Positions 8,973 through 17,652 of a stretch of DNA of 47,872 nt are shown in pieces; position 1 is the stretch's first letter; every line of letters begins with the position of its first letter. The translations under genes were made by a program, and so were the position numbers. This DNA comes from Nocardioides sp. GTDB lineage: Bacteria; Actinomycetota; Actinomycetes; Propionibacteriales; Nocardioidaceae. The notes under the pieces are model-generated. The model did no database searches. It was not told the origin of the DNA and saw nothing but the letters and a program-made list of their open reading frames with translations. Where the stretch lies: positions 1 to 47,872 of the forward strand of contig JBDSPC010000085.1 in assembly GCA_039914485.1 (NCBI GenBank), in the 5' to 3' direction.

Positions 8973-9326
8973 TCAGCGGTAGATCAGCCCGATCCCGATG
9001 GCCGAGGGGACCAGGCCGACGAGCAGCCACGGGGTGAGTGGCTTGTGGCCGTGGATCAGCATTGCCACGGCCACCGCGATCACGCCGAACGCGCCCGCGA
9101 TCAGGCACAGGCCGACCCGGGCTCCGGGGCGCGGGTCGTCGAGGAACAGCGCCGCGATGATCAGCCCCATCACGAGGTGGAAGATCGTGGTCACAGCGAG
9201 CGCCGACATCACCCATCGCTGCACCCGGCTGAGGTTCTTGTTCTCGGCCGCGTGGTCGCGCACCGGGCGCGGTGCGTTGGGATCCATCAGGTGGCGGCGG
9301 CGTTTCGGCTGTGCCGGTTCGGTCAT
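8973..9326 (-). CDS. Small membrane protein (about 3 TM), hypothetical
   Basis: Three hydrophobic segments; co-oriented with and directly downstream of the antiporter gene. Confidence 0.7.
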   Translation of the reverse strand: MTEPAQPKRRRHLMDPNAPRPVRDHAAENKNLSRVQRWVMSALAVTTIFHLVMGLIIAALFLDDPRPGARVGLCLIAGAFGVIAVAVAMLIHGHKPLTPWLLVGLVPSAIGIGLIYR

Positions 9327-9357
9327 GTGGGTTCTCTCGGGTTTGTGGCGCGGGGAT

Positions 9358-10464
9358 CTACGGGGCGATGGTCAAGAAGATGAAGGAGGCCAGCAGCACG
9401 AGGTGTACGCCGCCCTGCAGGGGCTTCGCCCGACCCGGGACCACCGTCAGGATGCCCACGACCACGGTCATGAACAACAACACGATCTGCACGTTGTCGA
9501 GGCCGAGGCGGAGCGGGCCGTCCAGCCAGATCGAGGCAATCGCGATGGTCGGGATGGTCAGTCCGATCGAGGCCATGGCCGAGCCCATCGCGAGGTTGAG
9601 GCTGACCTGCACCTTCTCGCGGGCGGCGGCCCGCACGGCGGCGATGGACTCCGGCAGCAGCACCAGGAGCGCGATCACGACACCGACGACGGCGTTGGGG
9701 AAGCCGAGTGCCTCGACCCCGTCCTCGATGGCCGGGGAGATGATCTTCGCCAGCCCGACCACGGCGACCAGCGAGACGACGAGCAGACCCGCGCTCCACG
9801 CGGAGGTCCTGTTGTCGGGTGGGTCGGCGTGGCCGTCGTTGTCGAGGTCGGCATGGTCGGTCGGCTTGAGGTTCTCGCCGTCCCTGTCGACGGGGAGGAA
9901 GAAGTCGCGGTGGCGGATCGTCTGGGTGAAGACGAACAGGCCGTAGAGCACGATCGACGCGATGGCCGCGAAGGCGAGCTGCGGCCCGGTGTAGATGGGG
10001 CCGGGCTCCGACGTGGTGAAGGCTGGCAGCACCAGGCAGACCGTGGCCAGCGTGATCACCGTGGCCAGCATCGAGCCGGTGCCCTCGGGGTTGAACACCG
10101 CCAGGTGGTGCTTGAGCGCGCTGACGAGCAGGGACAGGCCGACGATGCCGTTGATGCTGATCATCACGGCCGCGAAGACGGTGTCGCGGGCGAGCCCGGA
10201 GGTGTCCTTGTCAGCGGTGATCATCAGGGTCACGATCAGTGCCACCTCGATGACGGTGACCGCCACCGCCAGCACCAGCGACCCGAGCGGCTCACCGACC
10301 CGGTGCGCGACCACCTCGGCGTGGTGGACCGCTGCCAGCACGGCGCCGATCAGCACCACCGCGACGAGGCCGAGCACGATCGAACCCGGGTGTCGCCCCC
10401 AGGTCACAGCGAGCAGCGCCGCCGCGAGGATGGGCGTGAGGGTCGTCCAGAGTGGGCGCGGCAT
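9358..10464 (-). CDS. chaA: Ca2+/H+ antiporter (ChaA/CaCA family)
   Basis: AVHHAEVVAHRVGEPLGSLVLAVAVTVIEV, LLPESIAA, NLAMGSAMASIGLTIP; about 10 TM; TAGGGT-N6-ATG. Confidence 0.88.
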   Translation of the reverse strand: MPRPLWTTLTPILAAALLAVTWGRHPGSIVLGLVAVVLIGAVLAAVHHAEVVAHRVGEPLGSLVLAVAVTVIEVALIVTLMITADKDTSGLARDTVFAAVMISINGIVGLSLLVSALKHHLAVFNPEGTGSMLATVITLATVCLVLPAFTTSEPGPIYTGPQLAFAAIASIVLYGLFVFTQTIRHRDFFLPVDRDGENLKPTDHADLDNDGHADPPDNRTSAWSAGLLVVSLVAVVGLAKIISPAIEDGVEALGFPNAVVGVVIALLVLLPESIAAVRAAAREKVQVSLNLAMGSAMASIGLTIPTIAIASIWLDGPLRLGLDNVQIVLLFMTVVVGILTVVPGRAKPLQGGVHLVLLASFIFLTIAP

Positions 10465-10490
10465 GACCCAACCCTAGTAAGGCAGTCGAA

Positions 10491-11540
10491 TCAGGCGTCG
10501 GGCGAGTTCAGCTTCTCCAGGCGTTCACTCAGTTTCTCCACGCGGTGCGCGTTGCCCTTCAGCTCGACGTACCGCTGGCCGAAGATCGCGAGCAGGGCGT
10601 CGTCGAGCCTCCGCACGGCGCCAGCCGGGTAGCGGTAGCCCATGTGCCGGATGATCGCGTCGGCGTCGACGGAGGTGAGCAGTCCGGCCAGCTCGTCGAG
10701 GGACGTGACGCCGAGCTCGAGGAGCAGGCCGCCGATCCAGCCGTAGTGGTCCGTGTGCGACCAGCCGGCATCGGCGTACTGGCTGGCGAGGAACGAGGCG
10801 AGGTCCTGCCCGCTGATGCGGGGGTCGCTCGGGTCGGCGTCGCCGGGCGAGAGCGGTGCGACGGCCTGGAGACGCTCGCGGATGGTCGAGAACTCCCGGT
10901 CGGCCAGCTCGAGCAGTCCGGCAGCGAGCGTGAAGCGTCGGTCGAGGTCGGGGACGTACTCCTCCGGCACGGTGCCCTTGTAGCGGATGTCGTGCTCGAA
11001 CTCTGCCCACGCGTGCTGGAGGACCGTGCGCACCTGGACGCTCGCCCGGTGGTCACGGACCTCGTCGTACGGCGCCTGGTGCTGCTCGCCGTCGGGCGGG
11101 TCGGGCGTCACCAGCAGGTGCCGGCTGGCGTAGCCGAACCCGCCGGCCCGCGCGGTCTCCTGCCCCATGTCGCGGTCGTCGAGGATGGTCAGCTCGTCGT
11201 CGAGCAGCTCCGCAACCGCCGCCACGTCGCTGTGGACGTAGGTGATGACGCGGACGCCGATCTGATCGGTGATCTGGCTGAGCGGGTCGGGGTAGAGGAG
11301 CTCGTCGCCGACGGTCCGCGCGGCCTTCGCCGCGAACGAGGCGACGCTCTTCGTCCGGCCGGTGACGCTGAGGTAGTTGATGCCGGCGTCATCGAGCAGC
11401 GTGGTGATCAGCTCGACGAAGTGCTCGGTCGGCGTCACGAGGCCCGGTTGCTGCGCGGCGTAGGCGCGCACGGCCTCGCGGACGGGCTGGACCGTGGGTT
11501 GCTCGGTGGGCTGGTCGGTGGGTTGGTCGGGGGACGGCAC
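10491..11540 (-). CDS. RelA/SpoT-domain small alarmone synthetase (GTP pyrophosphokinase)
   Basis: GRTKSVASFAAK, ITDQIGVRVI, GYASRH, SVQVRTVLQHAWAEFEHDIRYK. Start (GTG 11540 or 11546) is approximate. Confidence 0.88.
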   Translation of the reverse strand: MPSPDQPTDQPTEQPTVQPVREAVRAYAAQQPGLVTPTEHFVELITTLLDDAGINYLSVTGRTKSVASFAAKAARTVGDELLYPDPLSQITDQIGVRVITYVHSDVAAVAELLDDELTILDDRDMGQETARAGGFGYASRHLLVTPDPPDGEQHQAPYDEVRDHRASVQVRTVLQHAWAEFEHDIRYKGTVPEEYVPDLDRRFTLAAGLLELADREFSTIRERLQAVAPLSPGDADPSDPRISGQDLASFLASQYADAGWSHTDHYGWIGGLLLELGVTSLDELAGLLTSVDADAIIRHMGYRYPAGAVRRLDDALLAIFGQRYVELKGNAHRVEKLSERLEKLNSPDA

Positions 11541-11678
11541 GGGCACAGCCTGCCGTGTGGGTCGCAAACCGTCCACAGACGCCGTGCTGCCGTGGCCTCT
11601 CCACAGGTCGTACGCCGCAGCGCCGGTGGTGTCGGTGGCCGTCCGCACGGTGGGTAGAGAGACCACGAGGAGGACCAG

Positions 11679-12047
11679 ATGACCCAGACGCCCCAGCACC
11701 CACCGACCGATGACCGGCTCACCGTGACCCCGCCCCTGGAGGCCGGCGACGCGGAGTTCCTGGCCGGCTTCGCCCGCCGCGCTGGTGCCGTGGCCCGGAT
11801 CTGGCCGGGTCAGCCCGGACTGCCGTCGCCCTGGGTGCCGTGCGATGCGGGGTGCTGCCTGGTGCTGGCGTCGTCGCGGGCCGGCCTGGAGGTGGCCGGT
11901 CAGTGGTTGCGGTTCCTCATCACCGAGTTCCTGGCCGACCGGCACCGGGTCGACGGCTGGGTCAGGGTGCCTCCGCCGCTGGTGGGACCCGCCGCCTCCC
12001 TGCTCATCGTGGAGGCCGGCGACGTGTTCGAGGGCGTGGCCTCGTGA
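11679..12047 (+). CDS. Hypothetical protein (WxPCxxGCCL motif), paralog of 2251-2745
   Basis: GAGGAGG RBS; PPL..WVPCDAGCCL..WLRFLITEFL..HRVDG. Confidence 0.7.
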   Translation: MTQTPQHPPTDDRLTVTPPLEAGDAEFLAGFARRAGAVARIWPGQPGLPSPWVPCDAGCCLVLASSRAGLEVAGQWLRFLITEFLADRHRVDGWVRVPPPLVGPAASLLIVEAGDVFEGVAS

Positions 12048-12060
12048 CGACGGCGACCCG

Positions 12061-12630
12061 TCAGTCGAGGACGCCCGCAGCGCGCGCTGGCTCGGCATAT
12101 GCCGCCGCCAGGCTCGCGATCGTCTGGTGGGCGTTGAGGCCGCTCGGATTCGGGACCACCCACAGCTCGGCCTGGCCCAGTGGCTCGGGCTGGCGGCCGA
12201 CGACCGCCTTGCGGTCCCCGAACGCCTGGCGATATGCGGTGATCCCGGCGACCGCGACGACTCGCGGTGCCAGCTCGGTGACCAGCTCGAGCAGTCGCTC
12301 ACCGCCCGCTTTCAGCTCGTCGGCCGTCAGCTCGTCGGCCCGCACGGTCGCGCGGCGGACCAGGTTCGTGATCCCGAGCCCGCGCGAGCGGAAGTAGGCG
12401 CGGTCCTCGTCGTCCATGCCGGCCGCGGCGTCGATGGGTCGTTCGATGATGCCGGCCTGCAGCAGGGCGGGGTAGAAGCGGTTCACCGGGTGCGCGAAGT
12501 GCGTCTGCGTGGCGGCGGTCCACAGGCCAGGATTGATGCCCACGAAGAGCAGGCGGAGACCGGGGCCGAGCAGGTCGGGGACTTCGGCGTCGCGGAACGA
12601 CTCGAGCTCTGCGCGGGTGAACCTGGCCAT
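12061..12630 (-). CDS. mug: Mismatch-specific uracil/thymine DNA glycosylase (Mug/TDG family)
   Basis: LFVGINPG, HFAHPVNRFYPAL, GITNLVRRAT, VPNPSGLN; TAGGCT-N6-ATG. Confidence 0.9.
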   Translation of the reverse strand: MARFTRAELESFRDAEVPDLLGPGLRLLFVGINPGLWTAATQTHFAHPVNRFYPALLQAGIIERPIDAAAGMDDEDRAYFRSRGLGITNLVRRATVRADELTADELKAGGERLLELVTELAPRVVAVAGITAYRQAFGDRKAVVGRQPEPLGQAELWVVPNPSGLNAHQTIASLAAAYAEPARAAGVLD

Positions 12631-12650
12631 GGCGTGAGCCTAGGCCCGGC

Positions 12651-12685
12651 GGGAACCCCAACCGTCGGGCTATCGTCCTACGACT
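12651..12685 (+). promoter_or_regulatory. Putative ECF-sigma promoter GGAACC-N16-CGTC
   Basis: gggaacc-ccaaccgt-cgggctatcgtccta-cgact-ATG; identical layout and 15-bp core at 43258-43292. Confidence 0.6.
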
Positions 12686-13255
12686 ATGAGCCAACGATGC
12701 GTTCGACTCGGACTCGTTTTCGGTGCTCTCCTGCTGGCAGGCGTCACAGGGTGTGGCAGCGACTCAGAGGACCCCGGCACTGCGACCGACACCTCGTCGG
12801 AGACGACCACGGCCGATCCCGGCACCGACCCTTCGTCGGCCGACCCGGAATCCTCCGACCCGGAGACCTCCGACTCGTCCACCGGGTCGGGTGCGAGCGT
12901 GCCGGTCGGCGAGACCGTCGAACCCGGCCAGGCCGTCATCGTGAAGGCTTCCAACGTGGACGGCGAGCCGGCCACCCGGGCCAGCGCCCTGGTCGACGAC
13001 AAGGCTGTGGACGCCTTCTTGGCCACGACGGATGCGCGGCTGGCCGCCGATGTGCGCTCAGCCGTCAAGCAGGTGCAGGTCCCGGCGGGCAGCACGCTCT
13101 TCGGCGCCGTCGTCTCGGTCGGTTGTGACACCCCGACTGCCGTCGACTGGGTGACCACGTTCGACGGCATCGAGGTCACGGCCCAGGTGCCCAAGTCGGG
13201 CGTTCAGTGCCTGGTGCCGGTCACCTCGGTCGCGCTGTTCCTCGTGCCCAACTGA
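12686..13255 (+). CDS. Lipoprotein, hypothetical
   Basis: Signal peptide with lipobox VTGC, Ser/Thr/Asp-rich linker, C-terminal domain with two Cys. Confidence 0.75.
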   Translation: MSQRCVRLGLVFGALLLAGVTGCGSDSEDPGTATDTSSETTTADPGTDPSSADPESSDPETSDSSTGSGASVPVGETVEPGQAVIVKASNVDGEPATRASALVDDKAVDAFLATTDARLAADVRSAVKQVQVPAGSTLFGAVVSVGCDTPTAVDWVTTFDGIEVTAQVPKSGVQCLVPVTSVALFLVPN

Positions 13256-13276
13256 CCGACGCCCCGGCGCGCCAGG

Positions 13277-14755
13277 TCAGACCGGCGGCGTCGACGTGGG
13301 TGGACTCGGCGGCGGCGGGGGTGCCGTGGGCGTGGTCGGCGGAACGGTCGGGGTGACCGTCGGCGTCGGCGTGGGGGTCGGCGTCGGGACGATCGGCGGC
13401 ACGATCGGCGGGAAGACACCGTTGTAGAAGACGCCCAGCCCGTTCGCGACCTTGCGCTCGACGCCGGGCGAGCCGGGCTCGTCGATGTCGGTGGAGGGTT
13501 CGTTGATGACACCCATCTCGCCGGTCAGCTTGCGCGAGTAGAGCGTCGAGGAGCCTCCGCCGTCGAAGTTCAGGGCGCTCTCGGCGCCGAGGGCCCGCAT
13601 CATCGTGGCGAGCTCGACCATGGTGTAGCCGCGGCTGGAGGCGCTGCGGCCGTCGATCACCAGCAACAGCAGCTTGCGTCCGTCGACGTCGATGCCCACC
13701 GCCGTACGCGGGTGCATCAGGCGGTCGTTGATCACGGTCTGCACGCCGTTGAGCAGCAGCGGGCGGTCACCGGACACCGCGACGGTGGCACCGGGCTTGG
13801 CCTTGTACTTGAAGGTGGCCTTGCGCCCGACCCGGAGCTCCTTGAGCAGCTTGGCGGCCGAGCCACGGCCGACCATCACCTGGCCCTTGACCTTGCGACC
13901 CTTCGACAGGGTGCCCTTGTTGGAGACGATCTTGCCGTCGACGACGACGACCTCGCGGACGTTCTTCGTGTCGCCGTCGGTGACGGAGTAGCCCTTCGTC
14001 CAGCCCCAGTCGGTCGTGTAGAGGCCGATGGAGTTGGGCGCCACTGTCGGCGCGTTGATGCCGCTGACGGGCCACCGCGGTCGCTGCTTCAGCTTGGTCT
14101 TGGTCACCAGCGGCCCGATCTGCGGCTGGCCGGCGGCGTCGAGGTAGAACGACGCGTTCTCGGGGATCCAGCCGCTGGTCGAGCCCTGGATCAGGCCCCG
14201 CTCGCGATCGATGCCCACGCCGAGGGCAGCCCCGGTGTCGGAGATGTCGAAGAAATCGCCGTTCACCGCGCCGATGGCCCCGGCGGCGGCACCCATCTGG
14301 CTGACGGTCTGGCGGCGTACGGCGTAGGGCGAGCCCAGGTAGTCCACCGAGATGTTGGGGAAGTTGAGGTCGACGGTGAGCAGGTTGGCGCGGATCGGGC
14401 CGCGGTAGTCGGTCTGGTCCCACTCGCGGATCGACATGCCGGGCGCGATCTCGTAGGTGACGTCGCTGGTGACCACCGGAGGCGTGACCCGCGCGCCCCG
14501 CGGCAGCTGCTTCGCGATGCGGCCGTGCACCCCGTCGGAGGTCTGACCGGGCGTGCCCATCACGGTGCCGGGCTCGCGCAGCGCACGACGCTGCAGCCGG
14601 TTGAGGCCGTCACGGTCGCGGTCCGAGGCGGAGACACGGGAGTCGGAGCCACCGAGGCTGTCGGGAGACGAGATCGCGGGTGCGGACACCGCGACAAGGC
14701 AACAGCTGACGGCGCCGGCGAGCAGGGCAGAGGTCAAACGCGTGGAGGAAGGCAC
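13277..14755 (-). CDS. Secreted phosphodiester glycosidase (NAGPA-like) family protein
   Basis: AVNGDFF, HPRTAVG, LLVIDGRS..SRGYT, ALNFDGGGSSTL, ERKVANGL; signal peptide; Pro/Thr tail. Start GTG 14755 (alternative ATG 14833). Confidence 0.85.
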   Translation of the reverse strand: MPSSTRLTSALLAGAVSCCLVAVSAPAISSPDSLGGSDSRVSASDRDRDGLNRLQRRALREPGTVMGTPGQTSDGVHGRIAKQLPRGARVTPPVVTSDVTYEIAPGMSIREWDQTDYRGPIRANLLTVDLNFPNISVDYLGSPYAVRRQTVSQMGAAAGAIGAVNGDFFDISDTGAALGVGIDRERGLIQGSTSGWIPENASFYLDAAGQPQIGPLVTKTKLKQRPRWPVSGINAPTVAPNSIGLYTTDWGWTKGYSVTDGDTKNVREVVVVDGKIVSNKGTLSKGRKVKGQVMVGRGSAAKLLKELRVGRKATFKYKAKPGATVAVSGDRPLLLNGVQTVINDRLMHPRTAVGIDVDGRKLLLLVIDGRSASSRGYTMVELATMMRALGAESALNFDGGGSSTLYSRKLTGEMGVINEPSTDIDEPGSPGVERKVANGLGVFYNGVFPPIVPPIVPTPTPTPTPTVTPTVPPTTPTAPPPPPSPPTSTPPV

Positions 14756-14905
14756 GCGCTCCAGAGTAAAGGCGAGGCGTTGTCGTCCGGTCGAGGCTTG
14801 TGGTGTGTCGGGGCTGCTGTGTCTGGTCGTCATCACTGTGGGAGACGAACAGATTGTGTGGAAGGTTGCCCCGCGGCGCCGATCGTGGTGACTAGGCTGC
14901 GCGGC

Positions 14906-16063
14906 GTGGGCCGACCCGTGGACAGCGTCTTCATCGAGGGCGACAACCTGGACGTGCTGCCCACCCTGGAGCCGGGCAGCGTCGACCTGATCTATACCGA
15001 CCCGCCGTACAACACGGGCAACGACTTCGCCTACGTCGACTCGTTCCGCTCGGACGGTGGCGGTCGCGCCAGCCGGCACGAGGCCTGGGTCGCGATGATG
15101 CGGCCGCGCCTGGTGGCGATGCGGGAGGTCCTGGCCCACACCGGCGCACTGTTCATCAGCATCGACGACAACGAGGCGGCGTACCTCCGACTGCTTCTCG
15201 ACGAGGTCTTCGGCGAGGCCAACTTCCTCGCCCAGATCGTCGTCAACCTGAACCCGAAGGGTCGCCAGCTCGGGGGCGGGTTCGCGACGAGCCACGAGTA
15301 CCTCCTCGCCTATGCCCGCGACGCGAAGAGCTGCGTGCTCGACGCGAGCAGCCCCGACACGGTCAACGCCTCGGACTTCGGGCTGGTCACCGAGGCCGGC
15401 CGTGCGTTCCGGCACCTCCCGCTGCGCAACACCAACAAGAAGTTCAACCCGGTCACCGCGCCCACCCTGCACTTCCCCGTGTACGGCGACCCGCTGACCG
15501 GCGCCGTCGCGACGGCCGACTTCGACGGCGGTCAGGAGGTGTGGCCCGTCTTCGGCGACGGCCGACCCGCGGTGTGGCGCTGGTCCCGGCCGCTGATCGA
15601 CGAGCGACCGGACGACCTGGTGTGCCGCGAGATCAACGGCCGCAACGGGTCGCGCGTCGACGTGTTCCAGCGCGACTGGCTGCACCGTGACGGCGGCCGC
15701 CGCAAGAAGCTGACCACGATCTGGCTCTCGGAGGAGGTCGGCTCCACCGACACGGCCGTCGCCGAGCTGAAGGGCCTGATCGGGCACGTCTTCGAGTCGC
15801 CCAAGCCGACCGGGCTGGTGCGCCGGATCCTCGCCATGATGCCCGCCGACGCCGTCGTGCTCGACCCCTTCGCCGGCAGCGGCACGACCGGCGACGCCGT
15901 TGCGCTCGCCAACGCCGCCGACGGCGGCAGCCGGCGCTGCATCAGCATCAACGCCGGCGAGCCGACCCGGCCGGGGTCCAACGCGGCCAACGCCGGGTTC
16001 GCGACCATCGCCGACATCACCCGCGCCAGGCTCGCCGCTGTGGCCGCCCGCCACGAAGGCTGA
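14906..16063 (+). CDS. Site-specific amino-DNA methyltransferase (beta-class, Type III Mod-like), no cognate restriction gene adjacent
   Basis: IEGDNL, LIYTDPPYNTG, FISIDDNE, FESPKPTGL, VLDPFAGSGTTG; TAGGCT-N7-GTG at 14906. Confidence 0.9.
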   Translation: MGRPVDSVFIEGDNLDVLPTLEPGSVDLIYTDPPYNTGNDFAYVDSFRSDGGGRASRHEAWVAMMRPRLVAMREVLAHTGALFISIDDNEAAYLRLLLDEVFGEANFLAQIVVNLNPKGRQLGGGFATSHEYLLAYARDAKSCVLDASSPDTVNASDFGLVTEAGRAFRHLPLRNTNKKFNPVTAPTLHFPVYGDPLTGAVATADFDGGQEVWPVFGDGRPAVWRWSRPLIDERPDDLVCREINGRNGSRVDVFQRDWLHRDGGRRKKLTTIWLSEEVGSTDTAVAELKGLIGHVFESPKPTGLVRRILAMMPADAVVLDPFAGSGTTGDAVALANAADGGSRRCISINAGEPTRPGSNAANAGFATIADITRARLAAVAARHEG

Positions 16064-16162
16064 CCGGTCACAAAGTCGCCGGTTCAACATGTTGAGCGGT
16101 CACAAAAGTGCGGAACTTTGTGACCGCTCGGCAGCGCTGGGTGGAATTTTGTGACCGGTCAG
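16060..16162. repeat. Nested palindromic (REP/MITE-like) element between convergent genes; may also act as a terminator
   Basis: Outer IR CTGACCGGTCACAAA (16060-16074) / TTTGTGACCGGTCAG (16148-16162); inner IR GAGCGGTCACAAA / TTTGTGACCGCTC; related to 35480-35554. Confidence 0.75.
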
Positions 16163-17565
16163 ATGCCGGCGGCCTTTTCCAGCGCGGTGACTTCCTCGTC
16201 GAGGTAGGTCAGCAGCCGCTGCAGGCGCGGCACGGTCCGCCGGCAACCGGTGAGGCCGAAGCACATGAGGCCGTCGTAGGACGTGCAGGTGATGTTCAGC
16301 GCCATGCCGTGGATCGGGATGGACAGCGGGTAGTTGCCCATCAGCTGCGCGCCGTTGAAGTACTGCGTGGTCCGCGGGCCGGGCACGTTGCTGATGATGA
16401 GGTTGTACGGCGGCTTGGCGACGCCACTCATCTTCAGCATCACCGGCAGGATCGCCGGCGCCTGGCCGAGCGCGCTCATCGCCAGGATCTGGATCTGCGT
16501 CATCGATGACAACGCTTCCTTGCCGGACTTCATCGACTGGTGGACCGAGCGCAGGCGCGCGCCCGCGTCGGGGAGCTCGGTGCCCATCTTGACCATGATC
16601 GAACCGACGGAGTTGCCGCCCTCGGCGGAGGCGATCTGGGAGTCCTTCGCCTTGAGCCCGATCGGCACCATGGCGACGAGGCTGGTGTCGGGCAGCTCGT
16701 TGAGCTCGAGGAGGTAGGCCCGCATGGCGCCCGAGCACATCGCGATCACGACGTCGTTGATCGTGGTGCCGGTGGCCTTGCCGATCGCGCGGAGGCGTTC
16801 GACCGGCCAGTCCTGCGCGGCGAACCGGCGCGAACCGGTGATCTGCTGGTTGAGGATCGTGCGGGGCGCGTAGAGCGAGAGCGCCGACGTCTCGTTGCGG
16901 ATGGACTTGTTCAGCGTCCGGATCAGCGCGCCGGGCATGCCCGCGGCCTCGGCGGTGATGCCCATCGCCGTACGCAACGCCTGCATCGGCACGTCGGACA
17001 GGTTGGTCTCGAGGGCGGCCTGTTCCTTCGCCGCGCGAGGCGGCCGGTCGCGCTTGGCCCACGGTGCGGGCATGTTGCGCTCGTCGGGGTCAGGGGAGTG
17101 GATGGCGGCGAGGAGGCGCATGGCCGAGACGCCGTCGACCAGCGCGTGGTGCATCTTGGTGTACATCGCGACCCGCCCGTCGCGCAGGCCCTCGATGACG
17201 TGCGCCTCCCACAGCGGCCGGTCCCAGGCGAGCCGGGTGCTGTGCAGGCGGCCGGAGAGGTCGAGCAGCTCGCGGATCCGGCCGGGCTTGGGCAGCGCGC
17301 TGTGCCGGAAGTGGTGCTCGATGTCGAACTGCTCGTCGGTCTCCCACACGAACTGCCCGGCCGTGCGCGGCGAGCGGTGCGGGTGGCGCAGGAAGAGCGG
17401 GGCGATCTCCTCGCTGGAGCGCATCTGGTCGTACATCTCGCGCACGTAGTTGCGCCCGGCGCCCTCGGGCTTCTTGTAGAGCGCGAGGCCGCCCACGTGC
17501 ATCGGCATCGAACGGTTCTCGGCCAGCAGGAAGCCGACGGAGGTCGGATCGATCGGTGTCACCAT
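16159..17565 (-). CDS. Wax ester synthase / diacylglycerol acyltransferase (WS/DGAT)
   Basis: PMHVG, RPLWEAHVIEGL, KMHHALVDG (HHxxxDG), NLIISNVPGP; start ATG 17565. Confidence 0.93.
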   Translation of the reverse strand: MVTPIDPTSVGFLLAENRSMPMHVGGLALYKKPEGAGRNYVREMYDQMRSSEEIAPLFLRHPHRSPRTAGQFVWETDEQFDIEHHFRHSALPKPGRIRELLDLSGRLHSTRLAWDRPLWEAHVIEGLRDGRVAMYTKMHHALVDGVSAMRLLAAIHSPDPDERNMPAPWAKRDRPPRAAKEQAALETNLSDVPMQALRTAMGITAEAAGMPGALIRTLNKSIRNETSALSLYAPRTILNQQITGSRRFAAQDWPVERLRAIGKATGTTINDVVIAMCSGAMRAYLLELNELPDTSLVAMVPIGLKAKDSQIASAEGGNSVGSIMVKMGTELPDAGARLRSVHQSMKSGKEALSSMTQIQILAMSALGQAPAILPVMLKMSGVAKPPYNLIISNVPGPRTTQYFNGAQLMGNYPLSIPIHGMALNITCTSYDGLMCFGLTGCRRTVPRLQRLLTYLDEEVTALEKAAGI

Positions 17566-17652
17566 GCGGGGGAGTCCCTCCTCGAACGAATCCTGATCCT
17601 CGCGTGATGTGAGGCGGGCCACAAGTGGACACGCTCTGGCAGGATCGCCGCC

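Noticed and set aside
13325-13410. Short tandem repeats (gtcggc/gtcggg)
   Set aside because: They encode the Pro/Thr tail of the secreted NAGPA-like protein, a common linker.
14906-16063. Complete restriction-modification or defence island
   Set aside because: No restriction subunit, integrase or other defence genes adjacent; flanks are ordinary metabolic genes.
16060-16162. Possible mini CRISPR array (also 35480-35554)
   Set aside because: Repeats are 10-20 bp, partly inverted, with short irregular spacers, and no cas genes are present.
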